From: the human T2T-CHM13v2.0 reference genome, Homo sapiens
Direction: 5' to 3' (one strand)
DNA length: 64,000 bases
Assembly: GCF_009914755.1 (NCBI RefSeq)
Contig: NC_060928.1
The notes beneath the pieces are model-generated. The model was not told where the DNA came from. It made no database searches and was given only the letters and a program-made list of their open reading frames with translations. Of the stretch, positions 61,380 to 64,000 are shown in pieces (position 1 is the first letter of the stretch; each line of letters opens with the position of its first letter). A program made the translations under genes and the position numbers.

Positions 61380-62100
61380 ATTAACACTGGTTTTGAGAAA
61401 TGTTACTATGATGAACCCTCACGTACTTTTCCTTACGATTTTTGTGCTTGGTGTTTTTAAAATTTCCTGGATCTGTTCATTTGCAGCAAATTTTGAAAAT
61501 TTTCAACCACTATTATTTTCAAATATTTGTTGCTCACCATCCTTCTTTGGTGACTGCAGTTAGACATATTAGACAACTTGAAGTTGCCCCAGTTCACTTA
61601 GATGCAGTTCAGTTTTTTAATTTTTTTCTATAATCTCCTTGAATATTAATTTGGTAGTTTATATTATAACATCCTCAAATTCACCAATCTTTTTTTCCTC
61701 ATGGCTAATCTGCTATCAATCCCATTGCATATATATATATATGATATTTATATATATGATATATATATAATTTTATATGTAAATATATATTTTTGCATAT
61801 TGTTATTTATATATTTAAATACTATATATTTTTGTGAATATATATTGTTTTCTTCTCTAGTTTATCTGTATCTTTAAAAAATATAACCTATTTCAATATC
61901 CTTTGAACATACGAAATACAGTTCTAATCATTGTTTTAAATTGTTTTCTACTAATTATATCTTCTATGTCCATTCTGGATCACTTCTGATTCATTATTCC
62001 CCTGACTATATATTTTTTTTCCCCGCTTTGTATTATATCTATCTATTAACTGTATTGAATACCAAACGTAAATTTTAACTGTATGTGAGCTGTATTTTTT
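61380..62100 (-). mobile_element. Old L1M ORF1 remnant with a TA-rich low-complexity tract (about 61728-61845)
   Basis: TTTGAAAATTTTCAACCACTATT motif; approximate boundaries. Confidence 0.5.
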
Positions 62101-62169
62101 TGCATAAATTGCTCCTTTCAAGTTCACCGTGCTCTCCACATTGCTAAATTTAATGTTCCTTTTCGTTTT

Positions 62170-63140
62170 TCATTTTGTTCACATGAGCATTGGATACAGT
62201 TCCCTTTTATTATTTATTTATTTATTTACTTCTAAGATTACATATCTCCATTGGTTCCTCCTATCTTACTACTACTCTTTGTTATTCTAACTTTCTCTGA
62301 AAATTTCTATAGTCTTTAATTTCATGGAAAGCCCCAAGTTCAGTTATATGTCTTCTTTTCTTTTCCATCTAAATATTAATGACTCATTTGTTCTAATGGC
62401 TTCAAATGTCATTTATTTACTGACATTCCCAAATATATATCTGTAATCTATACCTCTGCTGCAAACTGCATGCTCAGCACCACTACATTACATTCTAATA
62501 CATAACTCAATGCCATAATTTAAAAAACTGAACTCTTGATCCTATCACCCAAACTAACTTTCTTCTCTCACTACTAAGCCTTCCACATCTCAGTTGATGT
62601 CAACATCCTCTATCCTTCCAGTTGCTCAGGCCAAGAAAATTCAAAGTATCTTTGATTTCTCACACTCCATATTCAATGCATCAGAAAACCCTGATGCTTT
62701 TGCCTATAAAAACAGATACATAATGCATTTGTTTTTCTTCATTTGCAGATATTGGTCCAAACCACTACCATTCTTGCCTGAATTAGCATAATGTCTTTCT
62801 AATTCATATTTCTGTCCTTGCTCTACCTGCCACCTGACAGTCTCTAATTGTATCATTAACCATAGTGATCTCTTGGTTCTGTGCTTTACTCAGAATAGAA
62901 GTCAAAACTCTTAGAATGGCCATCAAAGCTATGTAATCTTCCCCCAAGCCTTGCTGCCCAGTCTAATCTAACCTTCTTTCCTCTTCCTCACTCAACCTTT
63001 TTCAGTCACACTGGTCAGCTTACAAGATTTTAAACAATCAGTCATGGTCCCACCATAAGGCATTTATACTGGCTTCTGCTGCTGCTTGTAAAACTCTTCC
63101 TTAAATACATGTCCTTCAAACTCCTTCACTTTTTTCTAGT
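62170..63140 (+). mobile_element. L2 (L2a-like) 3' fragment
   Basis: Degenerate YADDSQIY region (TACTGACATTCCCAAATATATATC), AACTGAACTCTTGATC, CCAGTTGCTCAGGCCAA. Confidence 0.75.
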
Positions 63141-63184
63141 GTGCTTAAAAAAAGAAAAAAAAAAGAAAACCTAAGCAGGTTCCA

Positions 63185-63471
63185 TTACAGGTTAGGAACT
63201 CTGAAATTAGAAAACCTGAATATTTTATAATTGACAAGTTTGCCCAAACTCTATCCTGAAGGAGACATTATCTTTATTACATTATCTTTATCTATATTTA
63301 GCCAGTATAAGAATTTGCCATTTGCTTCAGAGGGAACCACTATCTCTTATCTCTTGAGGGTGATCATTATTCAAATATCCTTGAAGAGATAGTCCAGAAC
63401 AAAGTCAATCAATGACTGTATTATCAAGACATGCAGAAATATCAAAGACACATGAAAAACTGTCTCACAAC
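63185..63471 (-). mobile_element. ERVL LTR40-like fragment
   Basis: Minus strand TGTTGTGAGACAG...TTTCTGCATGTCTTG...CTTTGTTCTGGACTATCTCTTCAAGGAT. Confidence 0.6.
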
Positions 63472-63802
63472 AATTAATATAAAGAAGTCCTCTACATTAA
63501 AAAAGTAAATGTAAAAGAAAATTTAAAGAAATGGATTCACTCTGAAAGAATGCAAAAAGAAAATTTAGAGAACATGATTCACTATGAATGAACAATACCC
63601 ATATGAAATAAACAAGATTATTAGCAGGAAAAAGTAAATATTAAAAGCATCAGAAAATAGTCCACACCCATCAGAATGGCAAAAATAAATATCTAATAAT
63701 ATCATGTTTTAGTGAAGGGCCAAACAACAAAAATATTTATACACTGTGGCTACTGGTAGAAACGTAAATCAGTACAATTATTTTTTTAAAAATAATTTAG
63801 TT

Positions 63803-64000
63803 GGCCGGTCACAGTAGTTCATGCCTGTAATCCAAGCAATTTGGAGGCCGAGGCAGGAAAATCACTTGAGCCTGGGAGTTCAAGACCAGACTGAGTCTCT
63901 ACAAAAAAAGTACAAAATTAGCTGGGCTTGGTGGTGTGTGATTGTAGTCCCAGCTACTTAGGACGCTGAGGTGGGAGGATGGCTTAAGACCAGGATATTG
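63803..64000 (+). mobile_element. AluJ, cut by the window edge
   Basis: GGCCGG start, J-type GAGGTGGGAGGATGGCTT. Confidence 0.85.

Overview
AT-rich primate (almost certainly human) non-coding DNA, either intergenic or deep intronic. I see no recognisable cellular protein-coding gene, RNA gene or CRISPR array, and nearly all ORFs in the track are Alu, L1 or LTR read-throughs or chance ORFs. Roughly half the window is transposon fossils: about 12 Alus, several L1M/L1PB pieces, L2, MIR, MaLR and ERVL LTRs, an LTR1 solo LTR, and MER DNA transposons. The main feature is a two-LTR LTR10/HERVIP10-type provirus on the minus strand (45856-52119). It has a 4-bp TSD, a tRNA-Pro PBS, a PPT, RNase H and integrase remnants and a frameshifted env, and its two LTRs differ by one AP-1 VNTR unit. 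Other observations: a young AluYg6-lineage insertion, a possible Alu-Alu gene conversion tract, a deeply nested MLT1/L1 stack, rearranged L1 insertions, an MLT2A LTR missing its DUX4-like motifs, and a candidate minus-strand terminal exon. Subfamily names come from recalled consensus sequences and need RepeatMasker/Dfam confirmation. I found no evidence of a wholly new biological system.
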